Below the pieces are notes generated by a model. It was not told where the DNA came from and did not search any database. It saw only the letters and a program-made list of their open reading frames with translations. From Candidatus Bathyarchaeota archaeon (GTDB taxonomy: Archaea > Thermoproteota > Bathyarchaeia > Bathyarchaeales > Bathycorpusculaceae): a DNA stretch of 64,000 nucleotides. The position numbers were made by a program, and so were the translations under genes. Location: assembly GCA_963811105.1 (NCBI GenBank), contig CAWEPZ010000002.1, forward strand, positions 96,001 through 160,000, in the 5' to 3' direction. Positions 20,923-31,617 of the stretch are shown piece after piece (positions within the stretch are counted from its first letter, which is position 1; every line of letters begins with the position of its first letter).

Positions 20923-22308
20923 CTAGAACGCTGCTTTTATTTTTCTTCTCATATGTGCCAATGCTGTTCTTGTGGCTGATTTGCCGTAGACTCCGCCTTT
21001 TCTCCACATCTTGTATATATAGCTTGGTCGTATGTAGAAGCTTTGGAACGCTTTTTCCCTCATTTCCTTAAGTTCCTTTGAGCTTATCAGAGGAGTTTCA
21101 AAAATTGGTGTGGCAGTGTCATAGCGATTGAAATCTGTAATTTTTAGCCAGCCTTTCTGTGTAACGAGTTCATGCATTGGAGTACCTGGATAAGGCGTAG
21201 CAATGTAGTAGCCAACGTCGTCAGGATTAAGTTCTTCAATAAACTTGGTTGTTTCCCTAAGTGTTTCAGGTGTCTCTTCAGGGAAGCCCAGGACAACGCT
21301 TGCAACGGTCATCAAGCCAATTTCTTGCGCCATTTTGAATGCTTTCTTGATCTTCTCTAAAGTATAGCCTTTACCCATGGCGTCAATAACCATCTGTGAA
21401 CCAGCTTCAACACCAAACCAGACAGCAATACAGCCTGAATCCTTCATGGTTTGAAGCAACTCGCGTGTAACCATGTCAACTCGGGTTTCGCAGTCCCACT
21501 TAATTTTCAAGTTGCGATTCTTGATTTCTTGGCAGATTTCTTTGACCCGGTTTTGGTCGACGGAGAATGCGTCATCGTAGAAGGTGAATTGTTGTGCGCC
21601 AAAGTCCTTGACAAGATGTTCAAGTTCGTCAACTACGCTTTTCGGGCTTCGAATTCGATATCCTCTGCCGAACATTCGTACTGCCGAGCAGAAGTTGCAC
21701 CAGAAAGTGCATCCTCGGCTTGTGTATACAGGGAAAATGACGATACCATACTTGTTTAAGTGTTCAAGTGGGAAAAGGTGGTGAGCTGGAAAAGGTAAAG
21801 CGTCGAGGTCTTGAATGTATGGTCTATCTGGATTTTTAACGATTTCGCTGCCTTTTCGGCAAGTAGTGCCCACAACATCATAGTAAAGTTTTCCTGCTTC
21901 AATTCTTTGCATAAGCTCAATTATGGTGTTTTCGCCTTCTTTTCTTACAATAATGTCAAACTGTGGATATTCTCTTAAGGCGTTTTCATCCCAAAATGAA
22001 ACGTGAGGACCACCAATCATGGTAATGCATTTTGGATTGAGTTCTTTTGCTATCTTGGCCATTTCAGCCGCAGACTTATAGGTTAGAGTGGTTGAAGTCA
22101 TTCCCACTACGTCTGGATTGCGCTTACTAAGTTCAATCCTAAATTGATCAGGTGTAAGTTTGAGCGCCTGACAATCAATAACATCTACTGGGTAACCAGC
22201 TTTTTCTAAAACAGCAGCCAAATATCCGATTCCCAACGGAATAAACGGTGGATGTTGGTGTGCACCTTCTGGATAAGGTGGGTTAACAAGTGTTACATGC
22301 GGCTTCAT
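20923..22308 (-). CDS. cobalamin-binding radical SAM protein
   Basis: PLGIGYLAAVL, GGPHVS, SRGCTFWCNFC, GVEAG, ATPYPGT. Confidence 0.93.
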   Translation of the reverse strand: MKPHVTLVNPPYPEGAHQHPPFIPLGIGYLAAVLEKAGYPVDVIDCQALKLTPDQFRIELSKRNPDVVGMTSTTLTYKSAAEMAKIAKELNPKCITMIGGPHVSFWDENALREYPQFDIIVRKEGENTIIELMQRIEAGKLYYDVVGTTCRKGSEIVKNPDRPYIQDLDALPFPAHHLFPLEHLNKYGIVIFPVYTSRGCTFWCNFCSAVRMFGRGYRIRSPKSVVDELEHLVKDFGAQQFTFYDDAFSVDQNRVKEICQEIKNRNLKIKWDCETRVDMVTRELLQTMKDSGCIAVWFGVEAGSQMVIDAMGKGYTLEKIKKAFKMAQEIGLMTVASVVLGFPEETPETLRETTKFIEELNPDDVGYYIATPYPGTPMHELVTQKGWLKITDFNRYDTATPIFETPLISSKELKEMREKAFQSFYIRPSYIYKMWRKGGVYGKSATRTALAHMRRKIKAAF

Positions 22309-22608
22309 TGCTATCCCTGAATCTATGGATGGATTGATAGATGGGCTACTTTAATTAATATATGTTTTCGATTCGAGCGATTTATACACAAATGAGATTT
22401 TAGAGCTATCTTTTCTCCCTACAGCCTTATAGGAGCTTTACTTCACCCTACTCAGAAAACGATAACTCCGCTAGAAATAAAAAACAATTCCCTTTCCTTT
22501 TTTCGTTTAAGTCTGTTAGACTAATTAATTTGAAGTTAAGGGTTCTTTTTGCTTTAAGTCAATTGTTATATAATCCTTAAATTGTAGTGAACCTTGATTT
22601 AGAAACCG

Positions 22609-23316
22609 ATGCTATCCTCCCTTAAAAGACATTTACATGGGCTTACTTATCTACTAACGAATCCAGCTCAAGTAAGGCACCTGATCATTAGAGAAACCTT
22701 GTATCGTCAAAGAAACCATAACAGAAGAGGTTGGGTAGAATGGCAAAAATACGACACTTACACTGCAGCGTCAATGCATAGCACGGCAGTTGCTTATGCT
22801 AGGCCCTTAAATTTGGCAAGAATCAACACATTTACCACAATGATTAACCAAATCGGCAAAGGGCTGACGGTGCTGGACGTGGGTTGCGGTGATGGCTTAC
22901 TTAGTGAGCCTATAGCAAAAATTGGCAACACGGTTGCATCCGTAGATTTGCCAACGATTACTCCAGTAGCTCAAAAACGTCACATTTCATTTGTCGTATC
23001 AGGAGACGCGGAGAAACTCGCTTTTGCAAACAATAGTTTTGATTTGGTTTTAGCTTCTGAAGTAGTTGAGCACCTGTGGAATCCTGATAATTTCTTGGCT
23101 GAAGCCTACAGGGTTCTTAAACCCAAAGGTTTCCTAATAGTTGAAGCTCCAGAAGGCAAAGAAGGCTTGCGATATGATGCACATAAGCACTGGTTCACAG
23201 TTGAGATTCTGCAGCATATGGTGGGTTCAAAATTCAGCCTGATTAGGTCAGAACGGTTTTCGCCTGAGTGGGGCGCACCGACTCCAACCTTCATTGCGCT
23301 TTTTCATAAAAACTAG
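22609..23316 (+). CDS. class I SAM-dependent methyltransferase
   Basis: VLDVGCGDG, SFDLVLASEVVEH and RVLKPKG motifs. Confidence 0.9.
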   Translation: MLSSLKRHLHGLTYLLTNPAQVRHLIIRETLYRQRNHNRRGWVEWQKYDTYTAASMHSTAVAYARPLNLARINTFTTMINQIGKGLTVLDVGCGDGLLSEPIAKIGNTVASVDLPTITPVAQKRHISFVVSGDAEKLAFANNSFDLVLASEVVEHLWNPDNFLAEAYRVLKPKGFLIVEAPEGKEGLRYDAHKHWFTVEILQHMVGSKFSLIRSERFSPEWGAPTPTFIALFHKN

Positions 23317-23324
23317 AAATTAAG

Positions 23325-24389
23325 TTAAGTCACTTTTCTAAGCATGTCTATAATGGATAAGTTATAGGGACATTTAGGTTCACGCTGACCGCATCCATTG
23401 CATTCGTCAGCCTCAACTTCTAATCCGCCATAGAGCTTTGTGCCCAATTTTCTAATTCATAGGTCATGTAAATCATGTGGAATCTCAGAATTGCCGGTAT
23501 GTTTAGGTTCTCAGAGTAACGCATGCAAAGACCGCTGTCTCGACTGTAACTTCCATCAGGCACAAAGTTGAATCGGTTTTTTTCGTCTCTTGTTAAGCCG
23601 TTAAATTCATTTCCAGCCTTGCTGGCAACTCTACTTCTTCAGTTGACCTAAACCCTGGAATTGTTATGGCCTTATTTTGGCTCAAAACATACCCCGGCGG
23701 GCTGGAAACCATTGCATTCTGGGTCTGTGTCCCAACCACTCTAAGTTCCGTTTCATCTGAAACAAGCGATAGCGAAGGCTTATACAAACGGTTATTAGTT
23801 TTGAGGTTTTGGCTGACAGCGGCTTCATAATGGCAACTCCGACATTATTTTTTTTGCATCTGGTAATAACTCTTCAAGTGCCTGCAGAGTCACGAAGTTA
23901 AGCAGAACAAGATCTATGTCAATCTTCCCCGTTTCAATGGCTCTTAATAGAACTCGGGGTCTGTGGCAAGTGATACCAATAAAATCAATTAAGCCTCTAG
24001 AACGTGTTTGCTTGCAAGTTTGCAGGGAGCCATGCTACCCCATTGCCTTGGATAGAGTTTTTTCGTCATCAATTCCATGCAGTTGAATTATCTATCTTGT
24101 AAGTTTGAAGTCTTCTTAGGCTATTTTCAACGTGTTCTACTAATTTTTTTGTTCTTGATCCAGTTCTTGTATCTATAACACAGTTGTTTCGGACATTTTT
24201 CAGGGCGGAGACGATTTTTTCTTCGTTGTCGCTATCAAGCTTTGCGGCGTCAAAATATTTAATGCCTCAATCGAAGGCTTTTCTGACAACTTGTAAGGTG
24301 GAATTCATGCTTAATTCTGAAATCCATGTTCCGTCAAATCCGATTACGCTTACTTGAAGGTCTATTCTTCCAAGCCTTCTTTTTTGCAA
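23325..24389 (-). pseudogene. decayed aldo/keto reductase with C-terminal Fe-S dicluster
   Basis: manual translation gives MQKRRLGRIDLQVSVIGFDG, an in-frame TGA at 24267-24269, IQLHGIDD, GLIDFIGITCH and CNGCGQREPKCPYNL; multiple stops and frameshifts. Confidence 0.85.
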
Positions 24390-24399
24390 TCAAAGCCAT

Positions 24400-25776
24400 C
24401 TACGCCATGCCTGAACTATGAACAGCATCGGGGTTTAATCTTCGCTTGGCAAAGTTCAAAATGCCTTCACGTTTTACCCTTTTCATTATTTGTTTTGGGG
24501 ACCTATGGAACTCCCGGAAAAACTTTTTTTGAATTTGCACAAGGGTATCATAGTTGTACTCATCGGTTTTTACGCTGATCAAAAACTCGTCAAGACGCGT
24601 GTACCGTTTGCTTTCGAGCATTTCCTGATAGAGTTTGCTGTCTGGATAGGCAATGAAAATGTTGAATTGACACCAATCAGGATCCAACTTCTTTGCGAAT
24701 TTCAGCGAAGCTTCCATGTCTTGAAGAGTTTCGTCAGGTAAACCAAGCATGAATGAGCAAGCGACTTTTATACCGTTTTTGCGGCAAAGGCTAAACGCGT
24801 ACTCTATTTGCCTTAGTGTTGTGTTTCTGCCAATGCGCTGCAGTATCCTGGGTGAACCTGATTCAACTCCGAACCAGATAGTTTTGCATCCAGCTTTACT
24901 CATTGCTGCTAGCATTTCCTGATTGACCAAGTCTACCCGTGTGTCGCAAACCCACTCCAAATCAAGCTTATTCTCAATCATCTGGCTGCAAAGTTCAAGA
25001 GTTTCCTTTTTTCTAAGGGTAAAATTATCGTTAATGAAGTAAATTCCTTTTGTGCCGTACCTGCTTTGTAGGTCTTGTATTTCGCCGATTACTCTTTTCG
25101 GGCTGAAGCTGCGGCATATATTACCCCAAAGCTTTCTTGTCTCGCAGAAACCACAGTTGAAGACGCATCCGCGCGAGATGCTCATGACATCAGCTGGCTT
25201 AGCCTTTAAAAACTCAATTGTCCTGTCATAGAGTTCAAGTGGTAACAAATGCCTTGCGGGATATGGGATTTCATCGGGATTTTCAATGAATTTGGGCTGG
25301 TTTAGAATGTTTTTGCCTTGGCGAGTGCATGAAACACCCGGTATGGTTGCCGCGATAGGCTCATTGCCGTTTGTAAGTGCTGTGACTAGGTCTACTATGG
25401 CTCTTTCGCCTTCACCCATAACTACATAGTCAATCTCTGAGTTAGCCAGCAAAGTCTCAGGCATGTAGGAAGCATGCCATCCACCGACTACTACTTTGCA
25501 GTTTGGCAGAGCTTCTTTAATGAATTTTGCTGTTTCTATACAGCGTCTGAAGGTTGCTGAGCCGCAGGTTATTCCCACAATTTGCGGGTTAACCTTTGTA
25601 ATATACTCTTTGAGTTCACTGCTTGATTTGTTCATAAGGTAATTATCAAGCATTTGGACTGGGAAGCCTGCTTTTTCCAGTGCAGCGGCCACATACATTA
25701 ATCCAATTGGAGGCAACCGTTTGCCATGAAACCACGCGCTGTTTTCAGGCGGAGCTGTAGTCATAAGCAGAATCAA
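24400..25776 (-). CDS. cobalamin-binding radical SAM protein
   Basis: PPIGLMYVAAAL, GGWHAS, SRGCVFNCGFC, FGVESG. Confidence 0.92.
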   Translation of the reverse strand: MILLMTTAPPENSAWFHGKRLPPIGLMYVAAALEKAGFPVQMLDNYLMNKSSSELKEYITKVNPQIVGITCGSATFRRCIETAKFIKEALPNCKVVVGGWHASYMPETLLANSEIDYVVMGEGERAIVDLVTALTNGNEPIAATIPGVSCTRQGKNILNQPKFIENPDEIPYPARHLLPLELYDRTIEFLKAKPADVMSISRGCVFNCGFCETRKLWGNICRSFSPKRVIGEIQDLQSRYGTKGIYFINDNFTLRKKETLELCSQMIENKLDLEWVCDTRVDLVNQEMLAAMSKAGCKTIWFGVESGSPRILQRIGRNTTLRQIEYAFSLCRKNGIKVACSFMLGLPDETLQDMEASLKFAKKLDPDWCQFNIFIAYPDSKLYQEMLESKRYTRLDEFLISVKTDEYNYDTLVQIQKKFFREFHRSPKQIMKRVKREGILNFAKRRLNPDAVHSSGMA

Positions 25777-26027
25777 GCAGTTTTCTCCCCTTCGTATGGC
25801 AAGTCAGCTGGCACCCTTGAAATGTTTGCATAAAGCGATTATTTGCAAGTTAATAGCTTTAACGGAACATTACGCTATGATGTTGGCTTAGGCTTTTTTG
25901 CTGTTCCCTTTTTTCTTTCAGGAAGAGTCAACTATTTGTTGTTGAAATCGATTTACAAAAAGATATGGAAAGAGGTCTATCAATTTCAGAAATTGATTTT
26001 TGTGGAAAATTGAAAAGCGGTTCACTC

Positions 26028-27140
26028 TTATTTTGCTAATATTTTTGATATGGCTGTTATGAGTTTTTGGTTGTCTTCAGCTGATCTGATTGTGACTCTG
26101 AAATAGCTGTCGTCTAAGCCCATGAATGTGCAGCAGTCGCGGATTAGTATGCGTTGATTTGTAAGAACTTCTTTGAGTTTAGTGGATGTGATTTTCCCGT
26201 TTGTTATTTTTACAAGCAGAAAGTTTGTTACGGACGGGTAAACATGTAAACCAACTATTTCCTCCAAGCCTTTGGCAAGCATTGCTCTCTCTTTAGCGAT
26301 GATGACTTTAGTATTTTGTATGAATTCTGTGTCCTTGAACGCTGCAAGCGTCGCAAAACTTGCAAGGCCATTAATGCTCCAGGGCAGGCGAATTGCATCT
26401 AGCTTGTTCACCAAGTTTTTTGCGGCGATGCCGTAGCCAAAGCGTATTCCAGCCATGCCGTAGAATTTCGTGACTGATCGGATAACAAACAGGTTCTCAT
26501 ACTCATTTATCATGCCTGCTAACGTGGTGAATTCGCCTTTTTCTGCAAACTCAATGTAATTCTCGTCGATGCTGAAGATAATGTCTTTCTTATGGCAGAA
26601 ATCCAAAAGCTCCAACACCGACTCTTTACTGTACAATGTGCCCGATGGGCTGTGCGGGTTGCAGATGCAAATTATTTTTGTGTCATCGGTAACTGCTTTC
26701 TTTATTCGCTCATTATCTAAGGAAAAATCTTCGGGCAACTGAACAAAAACCGCTTTGCCTCCGACACGTATAGTAGCTTTTTCATATTCGGAAAATGAGG
26801 GTATAGGAATTACCGCGTTAAAATTGGCAGACAAAATTTCGGTTATGGCGTAAATGAGTTCGATTGAGCCGTTTCCTAAAACGATGTTTTCTTCTTCAAC
26901 GCCTTGCCCAACGTACTTGGCGATTTCTTCTTTGAATTCCACTGGATTTGGGTCAGGATAAAACTTTATGAACTTAGCATATTGCTTCACTGCTTCTACG
27001 GCTTTAGGTGAAGGCCCAAGGAAATTAATGGGTCCACTGAATTCAAGCACTTCTTCAAGTGGGACATCGTATTTTCTGCTGAAACCCCAGATGTCTCCGC
27101 CGTGGCTAACAAACCTGCGTTCCTTACATGTGCTTGCCAG
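26028..27140 (-). CDS. cobD: threonine-phosphate decarboxylase CobD-like PLP enzyme (probable CTG start)
   Basis: HGGDIW upstream of the annotated GTG, GNGSIELI, CNPHSPSG, RSVTKFYGMAGIRFGY, ILIRDC; cob gene context. Confidence 0.8.
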   Translation of the reverse strand: MASTCKERRFVSHGGDIWGFSRKYDVPLEEVLEFSGPINFLGPSPKAVEAVKQYAKFIKFYPDPNPVEFKEEIAKYVGQGVEEENIVLGNGSIELIYAITEILSANFNAVIPIPSFSEYEKATIRVGGKAVFVQLPEDFSLDNERIKKAVTDDTKIICICNPHSPSGTLYSKESVLELLDFCHKKDIIFSIDENYIEFAEKGEFTTLAGMINEYENLFVIRSVTKFYGMAGIRFGYGIAAKNLVNKLDAIRLPWSINGLASFATLAAFKDTEFIQNTKVIIAKERAMLAKGLEEIVGLHVYPSVTNFLLVKITNGKITSTKLKEVLTNQRILIRDCCTFMGLDDSYFRVTIRSAEDNQKLITAISKILAK

Positions 27141-27678
27141 CTTTCCCTTCCTCCATTATCCTACCTATTTCTTTCTCAACTACTGATTGAGCTTTGAAGT
27201 GAGCGTTATACAAGTTAATTACCTTGTATAGCCAGTAAACTCCTCCAACGCCCAACGTAAATATGGTGACGAAAACATAAGTTTTTATCGGTATCGTCTG
27301 AGGCATAAACATCCGCTCTGGAAAAGCAGCCGCCAAAAACGCATCTTGATTTCGCTCATGCACCAGTAAATCCATAGACAATAAATATACGATTACAAAT
27401 GCTGGTATAACCAAAATTATGCTGGCAGCCCACGCCTTGGCGTTCCGCTCGGCCAAATTCTCGCTTGCTACAGGTGGCCGCTTTCCGCGGCTTATTAGAT
27501 AATCAGCAACCTGCTTCTCCACCTTAGCATCATGCTGAAAATGCTTGTTTCTGCCTTTAACAAGACGGTGAAACATAGGGAAAAAAGCTACGCCAAAAGT
27601 AATAACTGCTCCAAGAAACCACATGGAAAACCACATTTTCTTATCAGAGTAATTATTACTGCACATAGCGGTTTCCAT
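27124..27678 (-). CDS. membrane protein with internal duplication (DUF4234-like)
   Basis: two similar units (ITFGVAFF..RNKHF and FTLGVGGVYWLY..NAHF); overlaps the cobD start. Confidence 0.7.
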   Translation of the reverse strand: METAMCSNNYSDKKMWFSMWFLGAVITFGVAFFPMFHRLVKGRNKHFQHDAKVEKQVADYLISRGKRPPVASENLAERNAKAWAASIILVIPAFVIVYLLSMDLLVHERNQDAFLAAAFPERMFMPQTIPIKTYVFVTIFTLGVGGVYWLYKVINLYNAHFKAQSVVEKEIGRIMEEGKAGKHM

Positions 27679-27761
27679 CTAAGCGTCAATTGTCCATTAA
27701 ACTGCTTATAAGGTTGGAGTAGCCAAACTTTATAAGTTCTTCCATTGGCATCTAAGATAAA

Positions 27762-28460
27762 ATGAACCACGAGGAAATGCTGCTTTCGATAATTATCCCC
27801 GTCTACAACGAAGAATTAACGATAGGCAACATCATCGACCGAACCAAAATTGTTGTGCAGCAAACAGGATTAAGAAATGAAATAATTGTTGTGGACGACC
27901 GCTCGCATGATAAATCTCTTGAAATTGCCAAACGCTACAGTGTTAGATTATTCACTTTGAAACAGCACTTGGGCAAGGGCTATGCGTTGCGGGCTGGTTT
28001 CTTCAAAGCCAAAGGTGAAATAATAATCACCATCGACTCAGATGGTTCACATAAACCGGAAGAACTGCCCGAAGTTTTGGAGCCCATTCTCCAAGATAAA
28101 GCAGACCTTGTTATAGGCTCCAGATACCTTAACCACAAAAAAGTAGCGGCAAGAAAACTAAACGCCTTCGGAGTTGGGCTTTTCAACTCACTGATTGCAC
28201 TCCTAACGGGCGTAGTCATTACGGACTCACAATCAGGCTACCGTGCCATGAAACGTCAAATCCTCAAAGATCAAAAACTAGAATCAGGTGGATACGAAAT
28301 AGAATCTGAAATGCTGGTTAAAACTGCGAAAAAAAATTTCAGAATCACCGAGGTTCCGATAAGTTTCCAGCAGCGAACGTATGGCAGGTCAGGAGTTGAC
28401 CCGGTAATAGACGGCTTCAAGATTTTGCTATCAATAGTTTCAGCTGACTTGAAGGGTTAA
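27762..28460 (+). CDS. GT2 glycosyltransferase (polyprenol-phosphate mannose synthase-like)
   Basis: IIIPVYNEE, VVDDRS, GKGYAL, IDSDGSH, DSQSGYR. Confidence 0.92.
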   Translation: MNHEEMLLSIIIPVYNEELTIGNIIDRTKIVVQQTGLRNEIIVVDDRSHDKSLEIAKRYSVRLFTLKQHLGKGYALRAGFFKAKGEIIITIDSDGSHKPEELPEVLEPILQDKADLVIGSRYLNHKKVAARKLNAFGVGLFNSLIALLTGVVITDSQSGYRAMKRQILKDQKLESGGYEIESEMLVKTAKKNFRITEVPISFQQRTYGRSGVDPVIDGFKILLSIVSADLKG

Positions 28461-28465
28461 GCAAG

Positions 28466-29470
28466 TTGGCTGGAAATGAATATCCCAAAGTTTCAATCAT
28501 AGTTGCAGCTTACAACAGCGAACATACGATTGAAGAATGCCTCAAATCTATTTTAGCGCTGGATTACTCAGCGGACTCGGTAGAAATTATTGTTATGGAT
28601 GGCGGATCAAAAGATGATACTGTTCAAAAAGCACAAAAATATCCCGTAAAAGTCATTTCCATCCGCTTAAACGCACCTGCAGCCTACAACTACGCCATGA
28701 AAATCGCCAGACATCCCGTTTTAGGCTTCATTGATGCAGACGCCAAAGTCCAAGCAAACTGGCTGCACCTTCTTGCGCCTGACTTGAAAGAAACCCAGGT
28801 AGCCGGAGTAAGCGGCAGCATAGAAACATGGAACAATAATAATCCGTGGGCAAGAAGCATCGGCTACGAACTCAAAAACCGCTATCAACGTGTAGGAAAA
28901 TACACGAGCCGTATAGCCACTATGAATCTTCTGATGAAAAAAGCGGTCATTGAAGAGGTTGGCGGATGGGATGAGACTCTGCCAAGTCAGTACGACACTG
29001 ATTTAGGTTTTAGAATAAGTGCTAAAGGCTACAGATTCGCTTATGATCCAAGAGCCGTTTGCTACCATTTTAATAGGCCTACTTTGAAAGCTTATTATCG
29101 GCAGCAGTTGCAGTATGGCAAAAACACGTTGAGACTTTATTTCAAGCATGGTTCCTTGGCGAAGGGCGATGAAATTACAGATTTTGGCATGAACATCCAA
29201 CCTGTTCTTCTTTTAGTTGTTAGTGTATCTTTCCTGATCGGTCTGTTTCCGTTTATGAGATCTTTATGGTATGTTACGGGTTTAATTTTGGGTATTATGC
29301 TTGTTTACTTTGTTTACTCAGCCGCCAAACTTGCTTCAAAGTTTCACGACCATGTTGCTTATCGGTTAGTGGTGCTTTGTTTTGTGCGAGCGTTCGCGTG
29401 GTTCGTCGGGGCAGTAATAACCACAGCCAACTACCTGCTGGGCAGGGGGAGGAAAAAACACAATGCGTAG
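28466..29470 (+). CDS. GT2 glycosyltransferase with C-terminal TM helices
   Basis: VSIIVAAYN, DGGSKD, FIDAD, YYRQQLQYG followed by TM segments. Confidence 0.9.
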   Translation: MAGNEYPKVSIIVAAYNSEHTIEECLKSILALDYSADSVEIIVMDGGSKDDTVQKAQKYPVKVISIRLNAPAAYNYAMKIARHPVLGFIDADAKVQANWLHLLAPDLKETQVAGVSGSIETWNNNNPWARSIGYELKNRYQRVGKYTSRIATMNLLMKKAVIEEVGGWDETLPSQYDTDLGFRISAKGYRFAYDPRAVCYHFNRPTLKAYYRQQLQYGKNTLRLYFKHGSLAKGDEITDFGMNIQPVLLLVVSVSFLIGLFPFMRSLWYVTGLILGIMLVYFVYSAAKLASKFHDHVAYRLVVLCFVRAFAWFVGAVITTANYLLGRGRKKHNA

Positions 29471-30656
29471 TGTATGTTTTGTTTCTCCTGAATACTGGCC
29501 TCTATCTGGCGGAACAGGCGCTTATGTTTACTATCTTTCCAATGAACTTATTAAAAACAACTACAAGATCTGGGTGGTAACTGGCTCAAACCAGACCATA
29601 GACGTCAAAGTAAACGAGCAGTTGTACGTTTTCTTTCTTAAAATCCCAAGGACGCCAATAATAAAATCTTTTTTGCTTGCAGCCTCAAGCTACCGTAAAC
29701 TCAACAGCGTTCGTCATAGCGTCGATTTGGATATTACGCATGCTAACTTGCCTTTGACTCCGAATTTTGCTGTGCCCCCAAACTTTGGAAAAACCTTGAT
29801 TTGCACTGTACATTCAACATGGAAAGGCGAAGCAGAAGCAATAAAGGACGAGCCTTATAGTAGGCTGAACGCCAACGAGAAGTTCATGGTCAGCTTTAAC
29901 TGGTTTTTAAGGATTTTTGAAGAAAGAATGCTTGAGAAGGCACAGAAAATCATTGCTGTAAGTCATTTCACAAAACGCGAGTTAGTTGAGTACTACAAAA
30001 TTCCTGAGGACAAAATTCGGGTTATTCATAACGGCGTTGACGTGAAAAAATTCAAGCCCGCTCAGGATAAGCACAAAATCAAGCAAGAACTTGGGTTTGA
30101 CCCAGATGATTTACTTATTCTCTCCGTTGGGCGGCTTTATGCGCGCAAAGGCTTATTCACTCTTATTGAAAGCATGCCAGCCGTGATTCAGCGGTTCAAA
30201 AACGTGAAATTCGTGATTTCAGGCAAAGGGCAAAGCAACGAAATGAGAAAGCTGGTAGTTCACGCCGAAAAACTAGGGGTAGAAGATAACATAGTCTTCA
30301 CAGGTTATTACCCAGATAAGAAATTACCCAAACTCTATCAAGCCGCAGACGTGTTCGCCTTCTCCACTTTCTATGAGCATCATCCTTTTGCTGTTTTAGA
30401 GGCGCTTGCAACGGGCTTGCCTGTGGTGACAACTTGGGTTGGTGGAATTCCTGAAACTATTGAAAGTGGCAAAAACGGCTTTTTAGTTGAACCGTTCAAT
30501 TCTAAACAATTCGCAGAACGCATACTGTACCTACTTGAGCATCCCTCTGAGGCAGCCCAGATGGGTGCGTTTGCCAGAAAAACAATCCTTGAACATTTTG
30601 ACTGGAGAATAGTTGTTAAAGAAGCAATAAAAGTCTACGATGAAGTGCTCCGTTAA
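29463..30656 (+). CDS. GT4 glycosyltransferase
   Basis: VIHNGVD, VGRLYARKG, LEALATGLPVV, GGIPE. Confidence 0.92.
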   Translation: MRSVCFVSPEYWPLSGGTGAYVYYLSNELIKNNYKIWVVTGSNQTIDVKVNEQLYVFFLKIPRTPIIKSFLLAASSYRKLNSVRHSVDLDITHANLPLTPNFAVPPNFGKTLICTVHSTWKGEAEAIKDEPYSRLNANEKFMVSFNWFLRIFEERMLEKAQKIIAVSHFTKRELVEYYKIPEDKIRVIHNGVDVKKFKPAQDKHKIKQELGFDPDDLLILSVGRLYARKGLFTLIESMPAVIQRFKNVKFVISGKGQSNEMRKLVVHAEKLGVEDNIVFTGYYPDKKLPKLYQAADVFAFSTFYEHHPFAVLEALATGLPVVTTWVGGIPETIESGKNGFLVEPFNSKQFAERILYLLEHPSEAAQMGAFARKTILEHFDWRIVVKEAIKVYDEVLR

Positions 30657-31615
30657 GCGATTTCTATTGGCTCTTGTCTATATGCCTTGGTTATTTTCTG
30701 GAAAAGTTTCACAATATCCAAAGAGCAAAACAGAAACTTTGTTGCGTACTCATGCTGGTAAATCATCATCTGAGCTTTCACTGGCAAATCGATTCTTGGG
30801 GGCTCAAACCTATGTGCCACTTCGGACACCTGTAAACCTTCAACCGATATGGTTTGCTCTTGTAAGCCTGTTTTTTTGGCTATGTAGTTGAGATAGGTCT
30901 GTTTCCAATCTAACTCCATGATTTCTGTAGCGGTTATGTCTACAGCTAAAGCGTCGTTGCCAGTTATCATTAACCCCATTTTAACTGGTTTGCCTTTTGT
31001 TGGGCCGTTGCCTTCGATGCCTGTCCGTGCATCCATAATCGTTAATTGTGGCTTGAACAGGGTGTAAAGGCGATAGAACACTTCGGGCAAGTATGGATGC
31101 AAATAGATACGTTTGTTGCTGGGCACGCAGCCAAAGAGGTTTTTGACGGCGCCGCTATAAGCCATAAACTCATGAGTTTTCATCAAAGGCAAATCCACAA
31201 CAGCATCAGCCTCAAGAACGGTTTTGGGCAGAAACAGTCGGCTCAATGGAGTGTTGCCTTGAAATTTTACTTCAACAACTTTATCTTCTGACAAGTTGAT
31301 GACGCTGCCTCCTGCCGCTTTCACTGCAGCTTCGACGCCCGTTTTATCGAAGGCATTCCAGCAGGGGTAGTTGAACCCATTTGATTCGCCCACGATGACT
31401 TCACTGTTCCAATCCCGCAACAAGCCGACGAGTTGTTGTATCAATTTGGGACTCGTAACGACACCAGGCAGGTATTCGGGGTGACTTAGGTTTGGCTTAA
31501 TGAAAATTTTGTGTTTGCCTTGTAGCCCTGAATTGGTGACGGCTTCCTTTACAATATCACTTATATCGTCTTTTACACGAAAAATTTTGACGGTTTTTTG
31601 ATGTGCGCCGGGCAA
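30653..31615 (-). CDS. DUF362 domain protein
   Basis: IKPN, LPLMKTH, AVKNLFG and EGNGP motifs. Confidence 0.88.
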   Translation of the reverse strand: MPGAHQKTVKIFRVKDDISDIVKEAVTNSGLQGKHKIFIKPNLSHPEYLPGVVTSPKLIQQLVGLLRDWNSEVIVGESNGFNYPCWNAFDKTGVEAAVKAAGGSVINLSEDKVVEVKFQGNTPLSRLFLPKTVLEADAVVDLPLMKTHEFMAYSGAVKNLFGCVPSNKRIYLHPYLPEVFYRLYTLFKPQLTIMDARTGIEGNGPTKGKPVKMGLMITGNDALAVDITATEIMELDWKQTYLNYIAKKTGLQEQTISVEGLQVSEVAHRFEPPRIDLPVKAQMMIYQHEYATKFLFCSLDIVKLFQKITKAYRQEPIEIA

Positions 31616-31617
31616 TA

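Noticed and set aside
24267-24269. In-frame TGA as possible selenocysteine or readthrough
   Set aside because: The position is not a cysteine site and the gene has several other stops and frameshifts
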